Positions 10,891 through 21,131 of a stretch of DNA of 64,000 nucleotides are shown here, in pieces (position 1 is the stretch's first letter; every line of letters starts with the position of its first letter). Below the pieces are notes generated by a model. It searched no databases, was not told where the DNA came from, and worked only from the letters and a program-made list of their open reading frames with translations. Source of the DNA: an uncultured Acidobacteriota bacterium (GTDB lineage: Bacteria > Acidobacteriota > Thermoanaerobaculia > Multivoradales > SZUA-115); the NCBI GenBank assembly GCA_963805975.1, contig CAWDVR010000001.1, positions 1,455,911 through 1,519,910 of the forward strand, written 5' to 3'. Both the position numbers and the translations under genes were made by a program.

Positions 10891-11258
10891 GCCTTGACGA
10901 AGGCCTCACCCGCGAGCAGCCGCGCCGCGTTCTCGAGCTCGCGCCGGGCCATCGCGGCACGCACCGGCGGGCGCTGCACGAGAACCAGGTAATAGCCGTC
11001 GGGCAACGGCACGGCATGGATCAGGAAGTCGTCCTGCTCGAACTGCAGCACGGAGAACTCACCCAGCCAGTTCGAGGAGACGATGCGCTCCATCTGCCGC
11101 AGGTGGATGCCGAGATAGGCGCCCAGGATGCGGAGCTGGTAGGGGCTGATCTCGGTGCAGGAGAGGTCGATGGTCTCGCCGCTCGGGTCGAGGAACAACG
11201 CGCCGACGGCGTTCTCGTTGTTGGCCAGCAGGTTGGCGAGCACGTAACGAAAGGGCAT
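10887..11258 (-). CDS. roadblock/LC7 (MglB-like) domain protein
   Basis: 123 aa from ATG 11258 (MPFRYVLANLLANNENAVGALFLDPSGETI...YYLVLV), a roadblock-type pattern. Its stop overlaps the ftsY start. Confidence 0.6.
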
Positions 11259-11275
11259 TGCGCAGCTCCTCGAGC

Positions 11276-13126
11276 TCAGGCGAGTAGCGCGGCGCTGGCC
11301 CGTACTTCGTCGCTCGGTGCCGGCGGCCGCTCGATGGCCGACTCTACCTGACCGGCGTCGAAGGCGGAAAGGAAGGCGGTGACCACCTTGGCGTCGAAGC
11401 GGGTGCCGGCGAGCTTCTTGATGGTCTCGACGGCGAACTCCGGCGTGTAGGCCTGCTGATAAGGCCGCGTGGTGGTGACGGCGTCGAAGGTGTCGGCCAC
11501 GGCGACGATGCGGGCGAAGAGCGGGATCTGCTCGCCCTTGAGGCCATCCGGGTAGCCGCGCCCGTTCCAGGCCTCGTGGTGCCAGCGGATGGCGGGCACG
11601 ATCTCCCGCAACTGCTCGATGCGCTCCATGATCTCGGCGCCGATCACCGTGTGCAGCTTCATCTGCTCGAACTCGTCGGCGGTGAGCAGCTCGCCCTTCT
11701 TGAGGATGCGGTCGTCGACCCCGATCTTGCCCACGTCGTGCAGCAGCGCGCCCAGCCAAACCCGCTGCTGGAACTCCTCGTCGTAGCCCAGGTGACGGGC
11801 CATGGCGCGGCTCACCGCCGCCACCCGCTCGGAATGGCCGCGGGTATAGGGGTCCTTGGCGTCGATCGCCGCCGCGAAGGCGCGGATCGAGCCGATGAAG
11901 AGCTCGCGGTTGACGGCGGCGGCGCGGCGGAGCTGGTCGACGTAGCTCTCGAGCGTGGCGCTCATGCGGTTGAAGTTCTCGGCCAGGTCCGCCATCTCGA
12001 AAGCGAGGCCGCCCACCTGCACCCGGTGCCCGAAGTTGCCGGCCGCGATCTCGTCCGTGGTCTCGGTCAGCCGGAAGAGCGGCTCGCCGATCTTGCGGGC
12101 GACGGTGACGGCGAAGAGCAGGGCGAGGGCCACCAGCACGAGCGACGACAGCAGGGTGTTGTAGATCATGCGATCGACGGCCGCCGAGGCGGCGATCGTC
12201 GGCTTGACCACTGCCACCGAGCCGCCGGTCGAGCGGATGCGCGAGATCGTCATCTGCAGCTCGCGGCGCTCGCCGTCGACCTCGGTGTTGAAAGCCTGGG
12301 TAAAGCTGTCGGGGCTGCGGACCGCGTCCGCCAGGAGGCCCGACGCCGCCACCGCGGCGCGCATTTTCTCTCCCAGGGCGTTGGCCCACAGCGGCTTGCC
12401 CGCGGCATCGACGAGAAAGACGGCGGCCGAGCCGCCCTGGTCGGCCAGCGACTCGCCGAGCGGCAGCCGCGCCGCGGCCTCGATCACCAGCTCGGGAGGA
12501 GCGGTGCTGCCGGTGGGGAGCGGCACCGCCACGATGGCCAGCGGATCGCCGGCTCCGACCCGGGTCACGGCCAGGTGGGGCGCCCGCCGGTTGCGCGCCT
12601 CCTGAAAAGCGGTGCCCAGCTCGGCGTCCACCTGGGGTGAGACCGCGCCTCGCCGGGCCGTGGGCCCCGCGCCCGCGGCGTCGAGCAGGCGCAGCACCTC
12701 GAACCGCTCGCCGCTCTCCAGGCAGGCGCCGAGGTAGTCCTGGAGCCAGAGCTGCCGCAGGCGCTCGCCCACCGGACCGGGGCCGGGCAGCGCCAGGAAC
12801 GTCTCGCCGCATTGCCGGACCTCGCGCTCCAGGGCCGCGAACCGGCCTTCCAGCCCTTGCGACAGCGAGGCCGCGGACTGGGCCAGGAACCGGCGCTCCT
12901 GCTCCACCAGCAGGCCGCGGTTCTGCCGGATCAGGAGGGCGGAGGAGATCCCCAGCGGGATGATCCCGGAGAGCAGGAGGCAGAGGAAGAGCAGGTGGCC
13001 GAGCTTGAGGCGGTTTCGGGAGCTGGTCTTGCGACCGGGCTCGGGCGCCCTCCACGGGGTCGGCGACAGGCCGCCCGGGACGGCGAGCCTCACGGCGCCG
13101 TGAAGGGGCGAACTGGAAGAGGACAA
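11276..13126 (-). CDS. membrane HAMP + HD-GYP cyclic-di-GMP phosphodiesterase
   Basis: Two TM segments, a HAMP domain, DAKDPYTRGHSERV, LHDVGKIG, HHEAWNGRGYPDGL. Start position uncertain. Confidence 0.9.
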   Translation of the reverse strand: MSSSSSPLHGAVRLAVPGGLSPTPWRAPEPGRKTSSRNRLKLGHLLFLCLLLSGIIPLGISSALLIRQNRGLLVEQERRFLAQSAASLSQGLEGRFAALEREVRQCGETFLALPGPGPVGERLRQLWLQDYLGACLESGERFEVLRLLDAAGAGPTARRGAVSPQVDAELGTAFQEARNRRAPHLAVTRVGAGDPLAIVAVPLPTGSTAPPELVIEAAARLPLGESLADQGGSAAVFLVDAAGKPLWANALGEKMRAAVAASGLLADAVRSPDSFTQAFNTEVDGERRELQMTISRIRSTGGSVAVVKPTIAASAAVDRMIYNTLLSSLVLVALALLFAVTVARKIGEPLFRLTETTDEIAAGNFGHRVQVGGLAFEMADLAENFNRMSATLESYVDQLRRAAAVNRELFIGSIRAFAAAIDAKDPYTRGHSERVAAVSRAMARHLGYDEEFQQRVWLGALLHDVGKIGVDDRILKKGELLTADEFEQMKLHTVIGAEIMERIEQLREIVPAIRWHHEAWNGRGYPDGLKGEQIPLFARIVAVADTFDAVTTTRPYQQAYTPEFAVETIKKLAGTRFDAKVVTAFLSAFDAGQVESAIERPPAPSDEVRASAALLA

Positions 13127-13165
13127 AATGTTTAGGCTCCTCGAAGCATTATAACGGACGACCGC

Positions 13166-14263
13166 TCAAGAGAAGGGCGAAACGAGAAAGAGTCGCAGCG
13201 CCTGCTCGACCTCGGAACCGGGCACCGCGACCCCGATGCGGCCTCGGCCGAGGGCCTCCGGCAGCACCCAGGCAACTCCCTGCTCGGTGGCCTTCTTGTC
13301 CCGTCCCATGGCCGCGAGCAGCTCCGGGACCGCCACCTCGGGCAAGCGTGGCAGGTCGAAGCGCGCCAGGAGCCGTGTCAGCCGGCCGGCCTCCGCAGGA
13401 GTGAGCCCGCGCGCGAGGGCGAGGCGGGTCGCGAAGAGCATGCCGTAGGCGACGGCCTCGCCGTGGCGCAACCCGCGATAGGCCGCGGCCGATTCGAGTG
13501 CGTGGGCCAGGGTGTGGCCGAAGTTCAGGAGCTGGCGCTCTCCCCGCTCGTCCGGGTCCCGTTCCACCACTCGTGCCTTGAGCCGCGCCGCGGCCGCCGC
13601 CACCGAGGAAAGGGCCTCGCCGTCGCCGGCGAGCAGGCTCTCGAGATCGCGCTCCAGGGCCGCAAAGAGCTCGGCATCGAGGAGCATGGCCATCTTCACC
13701 ACCTCGGCCAGGCCAGAACGCAGCTCCTCGGGCGGCAGCGTCGAGAGCACGGCCGTGTCGCCGACGACGAATGCAGGATGATGGAAGAGGCCGACCGCGT
13801 TCTTGGCCGCCGGCAGGTCGACGCCGGTCTTGCCACCGATCGCGGCGTCCACCTGCGCCAGCAGGGTGGTCGGCAGTTGCGCCACTTCGACGCCGCGCAG
13901 GTAGGCCCCGGCGACGAAGCCGGCCAGGTCCCCCACGCTCCCGCCACCGAAAGCCACCAGGCGGCTGTCCCGCTTGCCGCCGGCCAGGAGCAGCCAGTTC
14001 CATAGCTCGCCGGCCGCGGCGACCGTCTTGGCGGGCTCGCCTTCCTCGACCTCGAAGACCTCCGAGCGCGCGGCCGCGGCGCGGAGGTGGGCAAGGCGCT
14101 CGCCGTGGAGGCCCATCACCCGCGGCGTCGAGATCACGAAGAGGGCGCGGCCTCGCACCCAGCTCGCGAGGTCGGCCGCGGCCTCGACCAGCGCTCCATG
14201 CCCGATCCGGATCGAGGTCGCTCCGGACGGGTGGCGCAGCTCGAAGCGCTCCGAGGAGGCCAT
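13166..14263 (-). CDS. aroB: 3-dehydroquinate synthase
   Basis: GGGSVGDLAGF, PTTLLAQVDAAIGGKT, LNFGHT, HGEAV. Confidence 0.96.
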   Translation of the reverse strand: MASSERFELRHPSGATSIRIGHGALVEAAADLASWVRGRALFVISTPRVMGLHGERLAHLRAAAARSEVFEVEEGEPAKTVAAAGELWNWLLLAGGKRDSRLVAFGGGSVGDLAGFVAGAYLRGVEVAQLPTTLLAQVDAAIGGKTGVDLPAAKNAVGLFHHPAFVVGDTAVLSTLPPEELRSGLAEVVKMAMLLDAELFAALERDLESLLAGDGEALSSVAAAAARLKARVVERDPDERGERQLLNFGHTLAHALESAAAYRGLRHGEAVAYGMLFATRLALARGLTPAEAGRLTRLLARFDLPRLPEVAVPELLAAMGRDKKATEQGVAWVLPEALGRGRIGVAVPGSEVEQALRLFLVSPFS

Positions 14264-14281
14264 GCGCGGCGCCCCTTTTCC

Positions 14282-16039
14282 TCAGTCTACGCAGACCGCG
14301 ATGCCCAGCTCCGCCAACTGGCGCGCGTCGACCTCGGACGGCGCCTCGGTCATCAGGCAGGTGGCCGAACCGGTCTTGGGGAAGGCGATCACGTCGCGCA
14401 GCGAGCCGGCGCCCGCCATCAGCATCACCAGGCGGTCGAGCCCGAGCGCGATCCCGCCGTGAGGCGGCGCGCCGTAGCGCAGGGCCTCGAGCAGGAAGCC
14501 GAAACGGGACTGTGCCTCTTCGGCACCGATCCCCAGCAGCTCGAAGATCCGGCTCTGGACGTCCTGGCGGTGGATACGGATCGAGCCGCCGCCGATCTCG
14601 GTGCCGTTGAGCACCACGTCGTAGGCTCGCGAGCGGACGGCACCGGGATCGGTCGCGAGGGTATCGAGGTCGCGCGGGTCCGGGCTGGTGAAGGGATGGT
14701 GGAGCGCGGCCCAGCGCTTCTCCTCGGCGTCGTACTCGAGGAGCGGGAACTCGGTCACCCAGAGGAAAGCATGCTTGCCTTCGGGGACCAGGCCGTGGGC
14801 GCGGGCCAGCTCCTGCCGCAGCACGCCGAGCGCGGTCTCGGCGACCTTCCGCGGCGCGGCCACCAGAACCGCCAGGCCCCCCTCTTCGAGTCCGAGGTCG
14901 GCGGCGGCGCCCTCGAGCTCGGCCGAGGTCAGCGCCTCCTTGACCTGGAACTGGATCTCGCCGCCGCGGCGGCGCAGCGTCAGCACACCCGCCGCGCCGC
15001 TCCTCCGTGCCAGGGCCGCCCACTCGTCCACCTGCTTGCGGCTGGCCTCGGCGGCGCCGGGAACGGCGAAGCCGCGCACCACTCCGCCCGCCGCCACGGT
15101 CTCGCGGAAGCCCCGGAAGCCGCTCTCGCCCAGCCGTGCCGAGAGGTCATGGATCGGCAGCTCGTAGCGCAGGTCCGGCCGGTCCGAGCCGTAGCGGGCC
15201 ATGGCCTCGGCGTAGGTCAGCCGTGGATAGACGGCCGGCGGCTCGATTCCGGCGAGCGGAAAGATGCGCGCGAAGAGGCCCTCGATCAGGCGCATGACTT
15301 CGTCCTCGGTGACGAAGGACATCTCGAGGTCTACCTGCGTGAACTCCGGCTGGCGGTCGCCGCGCAGGTCTTCGTCACGGAAACAGCGCGCGATCTGCAC
15401 GTAGCGCTCGAAGCCCGCCACTTGCAGGATCTGTTTGAAGAGCTGCGGCGACTGGGGCAAGGCGTAGAACGACCCGCGCCGGACACGCGAAGGAACGAGG
15501 TAGTCGCGCGCGCCCTCAGGCGTCGAGCGGGTCAGGATCGGTGTCTCGACGTCCAGGAAGCCCCGCTCGTGAAAGTAGGTGCGTACCGCCATCGTCACCC
15601 GGTCGCGGAGCAGGAAATTGGCCTGCAGCTCCGGCCGGCGCAGGTCGAGGAAGCGGTAGCGCAGGCGGGTCTCCTCCGCCGCGTCGCCGGCGGTGTCCGG
15701 CGTGAAGGGCGGCGGATCCGAGCGGTTGAGCACCTGGGCACGGTCGGGGATCACCTCGACCAGCCCGGTGGGGATCCGCGGGTTGGGGTTCTCGCGCGCG
15801 GCGACCACACCCTCGATCTCGACCACCCACTCCGACCGCACCTCGGTGAGCGCCGCGGCCACCGTGGGACGTTCGTCGGGCCGCACCAGAACCTGCGCCA
15901 GGCCGCTCCGGTCGCGCAGGTCGAGGAACATCACGCCGCCGAGGTCGCGGCGGCGATGCACCCAGCCGGAGAGCAGCACGGTGGTGCCAATGTCGGTTTC
16001 TCCAAGCGTGCCCGCGCCTCGCCGCTCCATCGCGTCCAC
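14282..16039 (-). CDS. aspS: aspartate--tRNA ligase
   Basis: RRRDLGG, LPQSPQLFKQ, CFRDEDLR, HHPFT, GAPPHGGIALGLDR. Confidence 0.97.
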   Translation of the reverse strand: MDAMERRGAGTLGETDIGTTVLLSGWVHRRRDLGGVMFLDLRDRSGLAQVLVRPDERPTVAAALTEVRSEWVVEIEGVVAARENPNPRIPTGLVEVIPDRAQVLNRSDPPPFTPDTAGDAAEETRLRYRFLDLRRPELQANFLLRDRVTMAVRTYFHERGFLDVETPILTRSTPEGARDYLVPSRVRRGSFYALPQSPQLFKQILQVAGFERYVQIARCFRDEDLRGDRQPEFTQVDLEMSFVTEDEVMRLIEGLFARIFPLAGIEPPAVYPRLTYAEAMARYGSDRPDLRYELPIHDLSARLGESGFRGFRETVAAGGVVRGFAVPGAAEASRKQVDEWAALARRSGAAGVLTLRRRGGEIQFQVKEALTSAELEGAAADLGLEEGGLAVLVAAPRKVAETALGVLRQELARAHGLVPEGKHAFLWVTEFPLLEYDAEEKRWAALHHPFTSPDPRDLDTLATDPGAVRSRAYDVVLNGTEIGGGSIRIHRQDVQSRIFELLGIGAEEAQSRFGFLLEALRYGAPPHGGIALGLDRLVMLMAGAGSLRDVIAFPKTGSATCLMTEAPSEVDARQLAELGIAVCVD

Positions 16040-16049
16040 TCCTTGCGCT

Positions 16050-16577
16050 TCAGGTCCCGGGACCCAAGATTTGTAGGTACTCGTCTTTCAGGGCTACGTA
16101 GCGATCGCGGATCTCGAGGATGATCCGCGACTCCTCGGCGGTCAGCGGTCGCACCACCTGGGCCGGCACGCCGAGCGCCAGGTGCCCCGCCGGCACCCGT
16201 TTGCCGGGCGCCACCACCGCCCCCGCCCCCACCTGTGCCCCGGCCTCGATCACCGCGCCGTCGAGCACGCGCGCACCGATGCCGATCAGGGCGCCGTCCT
16301 CGACCGTGCAGCCGTGGAGCATGGCGCTGTGGCCGATCACCACCCCGGAGCCGATCACCAGGGGATGGGTCTTGTGCATCACGTGCAGGATGGTGCCGTC
16401 CTGCACGTTGGTGCCGGCGCCGATCGAGATCGAGTTCACGTCGCCGCGCGCCGCAGTGTGGAACCAGAACGACACGTCGTCGCCCAGCGCCACGTCGCCG
16501 GTCAGGTAGGCGCCGGGAGCCAGGAACACACGCTCGCCGAGTCTGGGAAGCTGGCCGCGATAGGGGTAGATCGGCAT
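16050..16577 (-). CDS. gamma-carbonic anhydrase family hexapeptide-repeat protein
   Basis: ATG 16577 (MPIYPY); RGDVN, NVQDG..H, GH.AMLHGC and hexapeptide repeats. Confidence 0.9.
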   Translation of the reverse strand: MPIYPYRGQLPRLGERVFLAPGAYLTGDVALGDDVSFWFHTAARGDVNSISIGAGTNVQDGTILHVMHKTHPLVIGSGVVIGHSAMLHGCTVEDGALIGIGARVLDGAVIEAGAQVGAGAVVAPGKRVPAGHLALGVPAQVVRPLTAEESRIILEIRDRYVALKDEYLQILGPGT

Positions 16578-16658
16578 ACGAGTCCCTGGCGCCGGAGGCG
16601 CCGGAGCCGTGGAATCTAGCACGCGGCGTCCGAGGCAGGCGGTTATGATCGCTCGCTC

Positions 16659-17375
16659 ATGCCCAGCTCCGGCGCCGCTTCGCAGACGATCGACGTCGTG
16701 ATCCCGGCGCTCGACGAGGAGGGCTCGATCGGCCTGGTGCTCGCCGGGCTGCCGCGACCTCCGGTGCGCCGCATCGTGGTGGCGGACAACGGCTCCCGCG
16801 ACCGCACCGCCGAGCTGGCGCGCGCCGCGGGAGCCGAGGTCGTCGCCGCTCCCCACCCGGGCTACGGCAGCGCCTGCCTCGCGGGGCTCGCTCATCTCGC
16901 GGCGACCGGACCGCCGGAGATCGTGGTGTTCATCGATGCCGACTACTCCGACCACCCCGAGGAGCTACCCGATCTGGTGGCGCCGATCCTCGGCGGCACC
17001 GCCGACCTGGTCGTCGGCTCGCGCATCCTGGGCCGGCGGGAGCGCGGTGCCCTGCTGCCCCAGGCGCGGGCAGGCAACCTCGTCGCCTGCTGGCTGATCC
17101 GCCGGCTCTACGGGCATCGATACACGGACCTCGGCCCCTTCCGGGCGGTGCGGTGGGAGGCGCTCGAGCGGCTGGGGATGGAAGATCCGGACTTCGGTTG
17201 GACGGCGGAAATGCAAGTCAAGGCACTGCGTCGGGGCCTGCGGGTGAGCGAGGTCCCGGTTTCCTACCGCCGACGGGTCGGCGTCTCGAAGATCACCGGC
17301 ACGGTGGTCGGTACCGTTCGCGCCGGCCACAAAATCCTGTGGACCGTGTTCAAGTACTCCCGGAGCACTCGATGA
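16659..17375 (+). CDS. glycosyltransferase family 2 (DPM1-like)
   Basis: VVIPALDEE, DNGSRD, DAD motif, TDLGPFRA. Confidence 0.9.
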   Translation: MPSSGAASQTIDVVIPALDEEGSIGLVLAGLPRPPVRRIVVADNGSRDRTAELARAAGAEVVAAPHPGYGSACLAGLAHLAATGPPEIVVFIDADYSDHPEELPDLVAPILGGTADLVVGSRILGRRERGALLPQARAGNLVACWLIRRLYGHRYTDLGPFRAVRWEALERLGMEDPDFGWTAEMQVKALRRGLRVSEVPVSYRRRVGVSKITGTVVGTVRAGHKILWTVFKYSRSTR

Positions 17376-17836
17376 GCAACCATCGCGGCCACGCTGAGCC
17401 CCTGCCCCTCACTCTGCCAAGGGTCGAGGAGTCGATCGAAGTGCGCTATGCGGAGACCGACCAGATGGGCTGGGTGCATCACTCGCGGTACTTGGTGTGG
17501 TTCGAGGTCGCCCGCACCCGGCTCTGCCTCGAAAGCGGGTATCACTACGCGCAGATCGAGGCCATGGGAACGCTCCTCGTGGTGACCGGCGCCGAGCTCC
17601 GCTACCGTCAGGGGGCCCGGTACGGGGAAACGGTCACCGTGATCTGCTCTCTGACACGGCTCGTCAGCCGGGGCCTGACCTTCAGCTACGAGGTCCGGCG
17701 GGGCTCCGAGCTGTTGGTCACCGGCAGCACGGAGCACGTTTGGGTGGAGGCCGCCACCGGCCGGCCCTGCCGCATCCCTGAAGTGCTGCGGCCCGGGTTC
17801 GAAAGGCTGCGCGGCGCGAAGCCGAGCTCCGGCTGA
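17372..17836 (+). CDS. YbgC/FadM-type acyl-CoA thioesterase
   Basis: VRYAETDQMGWVHHSRYLVWFEVAR. ATG 17372 overlaps the upstream stop. Confidence 0.9.
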   Translation: MSNHRGHAEPLPLTLPRVEESIEVRYAETDQMGWVHHSRYLVWFEVARTRLCLESGYHYAQIEAMGTLLVVTGAELRYRQGARYGETVTVICSLTRLVSRGLTFSYEVRRGSELLVTGSTEHVWVEAATGRPCRIPEVLRPGFERLRGAKPSSG

Positions 17837-17857
17837 TCTATCCATCCCTTGACGCAC

Positions 17858-17887
17858 TTGACAAGGTCACGTTTCTAAGTGTAGCCT
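17858..17887 (+). promoter_or_regulatory. sigma70-type promoter of the TA operon (probably leaderless mRNA)
   Basis: TTGACA-N18-TAGCCT, ending 6 nt before ATG 17894; no SD sequence. Confidence 0.55.
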
Positions 17888-17893
17888 GGGTAC

Positions 17894-18496
17894 ATGAGTG
17901 CCGCCCACCGCCCCCGCCCGGCCGAGAATGAGGTCAGGGAACCGCAGCAGGTGGCCTATGCCGCGGAAGCCCCGCGGGCGCTTTTTCTCGATCACGTCGT
18001 GGAACGCATCGCCACGGAGATGCGGTTCCTGGCCCGCGCTTATGCCGCGCAAGGCCGCTCTCTCGAGGAGCTGGGCTCGGCGGATGAGGTGGCCAACCGG
18101 ATGGTTGCCACCCTGCCCGCACCGTCCGGCTGGAACGCGGTGCTGGGACCGTTCTACGGCTCGGCCCAGATCGGCAAGATCCTGGGCAACGTCTCCCGGC
18201 AGGCGGTGGCCGACCGTCGGTCCCGGCGCACGCTGCTGGCTCTGCGCACTTCGGACGGCCAGTGGGTCTACCCGACCTTTCAGTTCGACGAGCGCCAGGA
18301 AGTTCTAACAGGCCTGCCGGCAGTAGTGCAGATCCTCGCCGAGAGCGGAGTCGACGACTGGACGCTGGCCGGCTGGCTGGTATCTCCGATGCGTTCCCTC
18401 GGCGGCGCCACTCCTATCGACTGGCTGCGTTCCGGGAACGACGCTGTGATTCTCCGGACCTTGGCGCGCGATGCAGCGCGGCGTTTCGCGCAGTAG
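17894..18496 (+). CDS. Xre/MbcA-like antitoxin
   Basis: HTH segment (VSRQAV), YPTFQF, and C-terminal WL.SP..SLGGATP.DWL. Lies directly upstream of a RES gene. Confidence 0.7.
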   Translation: MSAAHRPRPAENEVREPQQVAYAAEAPRALFLDHVVERIATEMRFLARAYAAQGRSLEELGSADEVANRMVATLPAPSGWNAVLGPFYGSAQIGKILGNVSRQAVADRRSRRTLLALRTSDGQWVYPTFQFDERQEVLTGLPAVVQILAESGVDDWTLAGWLVSPMRSLGGATPIDWLRSGNDAVILRTLARDAARRFAQ

Positions 18497-18513
18497 AACA
18501 AACGCCAGCCGCC

Positions 18514-19155
18514 GTGCCCAAGCGAAGCGAGACCGTGAGCCTGGCCCCGCCGCCGGCAGACCCGGCGGCGCTCGAGGGTTTTCCGCGGATGGTGCTCGAG
18601 AGCGTGACCTGCCTGTATCGCGTGGGCCGCGCCGAGCGCTCACCCTGGTGGTTCGGAAGCTCGCTCGAGGGCCGCTTCGATCTGCCCGAGCCCGACGGCA
18701 CCTGCTACGTGGCTCTCGATCCTCTCGCCGCCCTGCTGGAGGTGATCGGGCCCGACCGCGAGCGCGGCTATCTGAGCGCCGAGCACTTGGCTCGCCGTCG
18801 AATCTACGAGCTCTATCTCGAAGACGACCGCGTCCTTGCCGACCTCCCCGCAACGCAGGCCGCCGCCTTCGGAGTGACACTCGAGATCCACGCCATCGTT
18901 CCCTACGACCTTCCCCAGACCTGGGCGCACCGGCTCCGGGCCGCGGGATTCGAGGGCGTCCGATATCTCGTGCGTCACGATCCTTCGGGCGAAGACGGCC
19001 TCGCGCTGTTCGGCTCCCATGGCGGCCACCCGGACTGGCCAGTCGACGAGGAGAGGGAGATCGGCGCACAGATGCTCGAGCGGCTCGAGACCCGCTACGG
19101 CCTCAAGGTGCTCCGCATCCCACACTCGAGCCAGATCGAGGTCGTCGGCTCGTAG
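18514..19155 (+). CDS. RES-domain toxin
   Basis: LYRV, GRFDL, GTCYVALDPLAALLE, Q.WA, GFEGVRY, ALFG. Confidence 0.8.
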   Translation: MPKRSETVSLAPPPADPAALEGFPRMVLESVTCLYRVGRAERSPWWFGSSLEGRFDLPEPDGTCYVALDPLAALLEVIGPDRERGYLSAEHLARRRIYELYLEDDRVLADLPATQAAAFGVTLEIHAIVPYDLPQTWAHRLRAAGFEGVRYLVRHDPSGEDGLALFGSHGGHPDWPVDEEREIGAQMLERLETRYGLKVLRIPHSSQIEVVGS

Positions 19156-19188
19156 CCAGCTCGGGCCGGCTGCTATCCTCCTCGCGCC

Positions 19189-20364
19189 ATGCCTCGCCTT
19201 TCCCTCACCACCGGCGGTGAGAGCCACGGCCCGGGCCTGACGGCCGTCCTCGCCGGCATGCCGGCTGGGCTGCGCGTCGATCCGGCCTTCGTGCGGCACG
19301 AGCTCAAGCGCCGCCAGCACGGCTTCGGCCGCGGCCGGCGCATGCAGATCGAGCAGGACGAGGCCGAGATTCGCGGCGGGGTGCGGGGCGGCGAGACCCT
19401 GGGCTCCCCCATCGTGCTGTGGATCGAGAACCGCGACTACCGGGCGTGGGAGTCGGTGATGAACCCGCTCGCCAACGACCGGGAGCGGAGCGAGCAGCGG
19501 CGGCTCAAGACACCGCGGCCCGGCCATGCGGATCTCGCCGGCGGGCTCAAGTTCCTGCGCACCGACCTGCGCGACGTGCTGGAGCGCGCCTCGGCCCGGG
19601 AGACCACGGCGCGGGTGGCGGCGGGCGCCTTTGCCAAGCTGTTCCTCGCCGAGCTCGGCGTCGAGATCCGGAGCGGCGTCCGCTCGCTGGGGCCGATCGG
19701 CGCCGGCCGGGCGGCTCCGACCTGGGAGGAGATCGAACAGGTGGACGACGGCTCGCCGCTGCGCGCCATCGACCGCGAGCGCGAGCCCGAGATGGTGGCG
19801 CTCATCGAGCGCGCCAAGAAAGAGGGCGACACGCTGGGCGGCGCCGTCACCGTCATCGCCCACAACGTGCCCCCCGGCCTCGGCTCGCACGTGCACTGGG
19901 ACGAAAAGCTCGACGGCCGCCTGGCCCAGGCCGTGATGTCGGTGCCGGCGGTCAAGGCGGTCGAGATCGGTGCCGGCCTCGCGGCCTCGGCTGGCTTCGG
20001 CAGTCAGGCGCACGACGCCATCGAGCGTTCCGATGAGCGCTGGCACCGGCCCACCAACCGCGCCGGGGGCATCGAGGGCGGGATCACCAACGGCGCCGAC
20101 GTAGTGATCACCGCCTACAAGAAACCGATCTCGACCCTCATTCAGGGGATGCCGAGCGTCGACCTGGACACACTGGCGGCCGTGACCTCGCAGTACGAGC
20201 GCAGCGACATCACCGCCCTGCCCGCTGCCGGCGTGATCGCCGAGGCCATGGTGGCGCTGGTGCTGGCGGACGCGGCTCTCGAGAAGCTGGGCGGCGACTC
20301 GATGGCCGAGGTCATGGCGCACTTCCTGGCGACGACGGCTCAGCAGGCGGCCTGGCCCCGGTAG
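19189..20364 (+). CDS. aroC: chorismate synthase
   Basis: GESHG, PRPGHAD, ERASARET, NRAGGIEGGITNG, ERSD. Confidence 0.97.
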   Translation: MPRLSLTTGGESHGPGLTAVLAGMPAGLRVDPAFVRHELKRRQHGFGRGRRMQIEQDEAEIRGGVRGGETLGSPIVLWIENRDYRAWESVMNPLANDRERSEQRRLKTPRPGHADLAGGLKFLRTDLRDVLERASARETTARVAAGAFAKLFLAELGVEIRSGVRSLGPIGAGRAAPTWEEIEQVDDGSPLRAIDREREPEMVALIERAKKEGDTLGGAVTVIAHNVPPGLGSHVHWDEKLDGRLAQAVMSVPAVKAVEIGAGLAASAGFGSQAHDAIERSDERWHRPTNRAGGIEGGITNGADVVITAYKKPISTLIQGMPSVDLDTLAAVTSQYERSDITALPAAGVIAEAMVALVLADAALEKLGGDSMAEVMAHFLATTAQQAAWPR

Positions 20365-20481
20365 GCCGCGCACTCGAAGGCCTGGTGGAAGGCGGTTGGC
20401 GAGGGGCCGCAATCTCCTCTGTGCCGGTTCCGGCTTATACTGGAGTGAGAAAGTAAGGATACCTCTCACCGGTTTCGAAAA

Positions 20482-21117
20482 ATGGGCCAAGAGGAAGCCG
20501 GTGGTCTGCTGCAACGAGCCCTGGCCGGCGATCAGATCTCTCTGTCCCGCCTGGTTGCCGTGCTGACGCCGGTGATCCAGGCGCGGGCCGCGCGTACCTT
20601 GCTGCCCCGCCGCTCGCGTCTCGCCGACGGGCGAAGCATGCGGCAGGAGGTCGAGGACGTCAGCCAGGAGATCTTCGTCCTGCTCTTCTCCAACAACGCC
20701 CGGGTCCTGCGTAGCTGGCAGGCGGAGCGCGGCCTTTCTCTCGAGAACTTCGTCGGTCTGGTCACCCAACGGCAGATCGTCTCCTTCCTCCGCAGCGGCA
20801 AGCGGAACCCGTGGCGGGAGGAGCCCTTCGCCGCGGAGGATCTCCTCACCGAAGCGCCGGAGCCTGGGCCCGAGCAGGTCGCCGCCAGCCGCGAGCAACT
20901 TCGCCTGGTGCTCGATCGGCTACGGGCCGACGTAAGCCCCCTGGGCTGGCGGCTCTTCGAGCTGCTCTTCATCGAGGAGCTGCCGCTGCCCGAGGTCATG
21001 GCCGCGAGTGGCCTCTCCGCCGACGCGGTCTACGCCTGGCGGAGCCGTCTGCGCCGGCTGGCCCACCAGTTGCTGGCTGGCTTGTCAGGAAACTCGGCGG
21101 GCGGGCGAAATACGTAG
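20482..21117 (+). CDS. ECF-type RNA polymerase sigma factor
   Basis: Region 2 (VEDVSQEIFVLL) and region 4 HTH (EVMAASGLSADAVYAWRSRLRR); 211 aa. Confidence 0.85.
   Translation: MGQEEAGGLLQRALAGDQISLSRLVAVLTPVIQARAARTLLPRRSRLADGRSMRQEVEDVSQEIFVLLFSNNARVLRSWQAERGLSLENFVGLVTQRQIVSFLRSGKRNPWREEPFAAEDLLTEAPEPGPEQVAASREQLRLVLDRLRADVSPLGWRLFELLFIEELPLPEVMAASGLSADAVYAWRSRLRRLAHQLLAGLSGNSAGGRNT
21083..21109 (+). promoter_or_regulatory. putative ECF promoter, copy 1 (TGTCAG-N17-CGAA)
   Basis: TGTCAG gaaactcggcgggcggg CGAA, inside the sigma gene 3' end and just upstream of ATG 21132. Confidence 0.55.
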
Positions 21118-21131
21118 AGAGATGGCCACAC

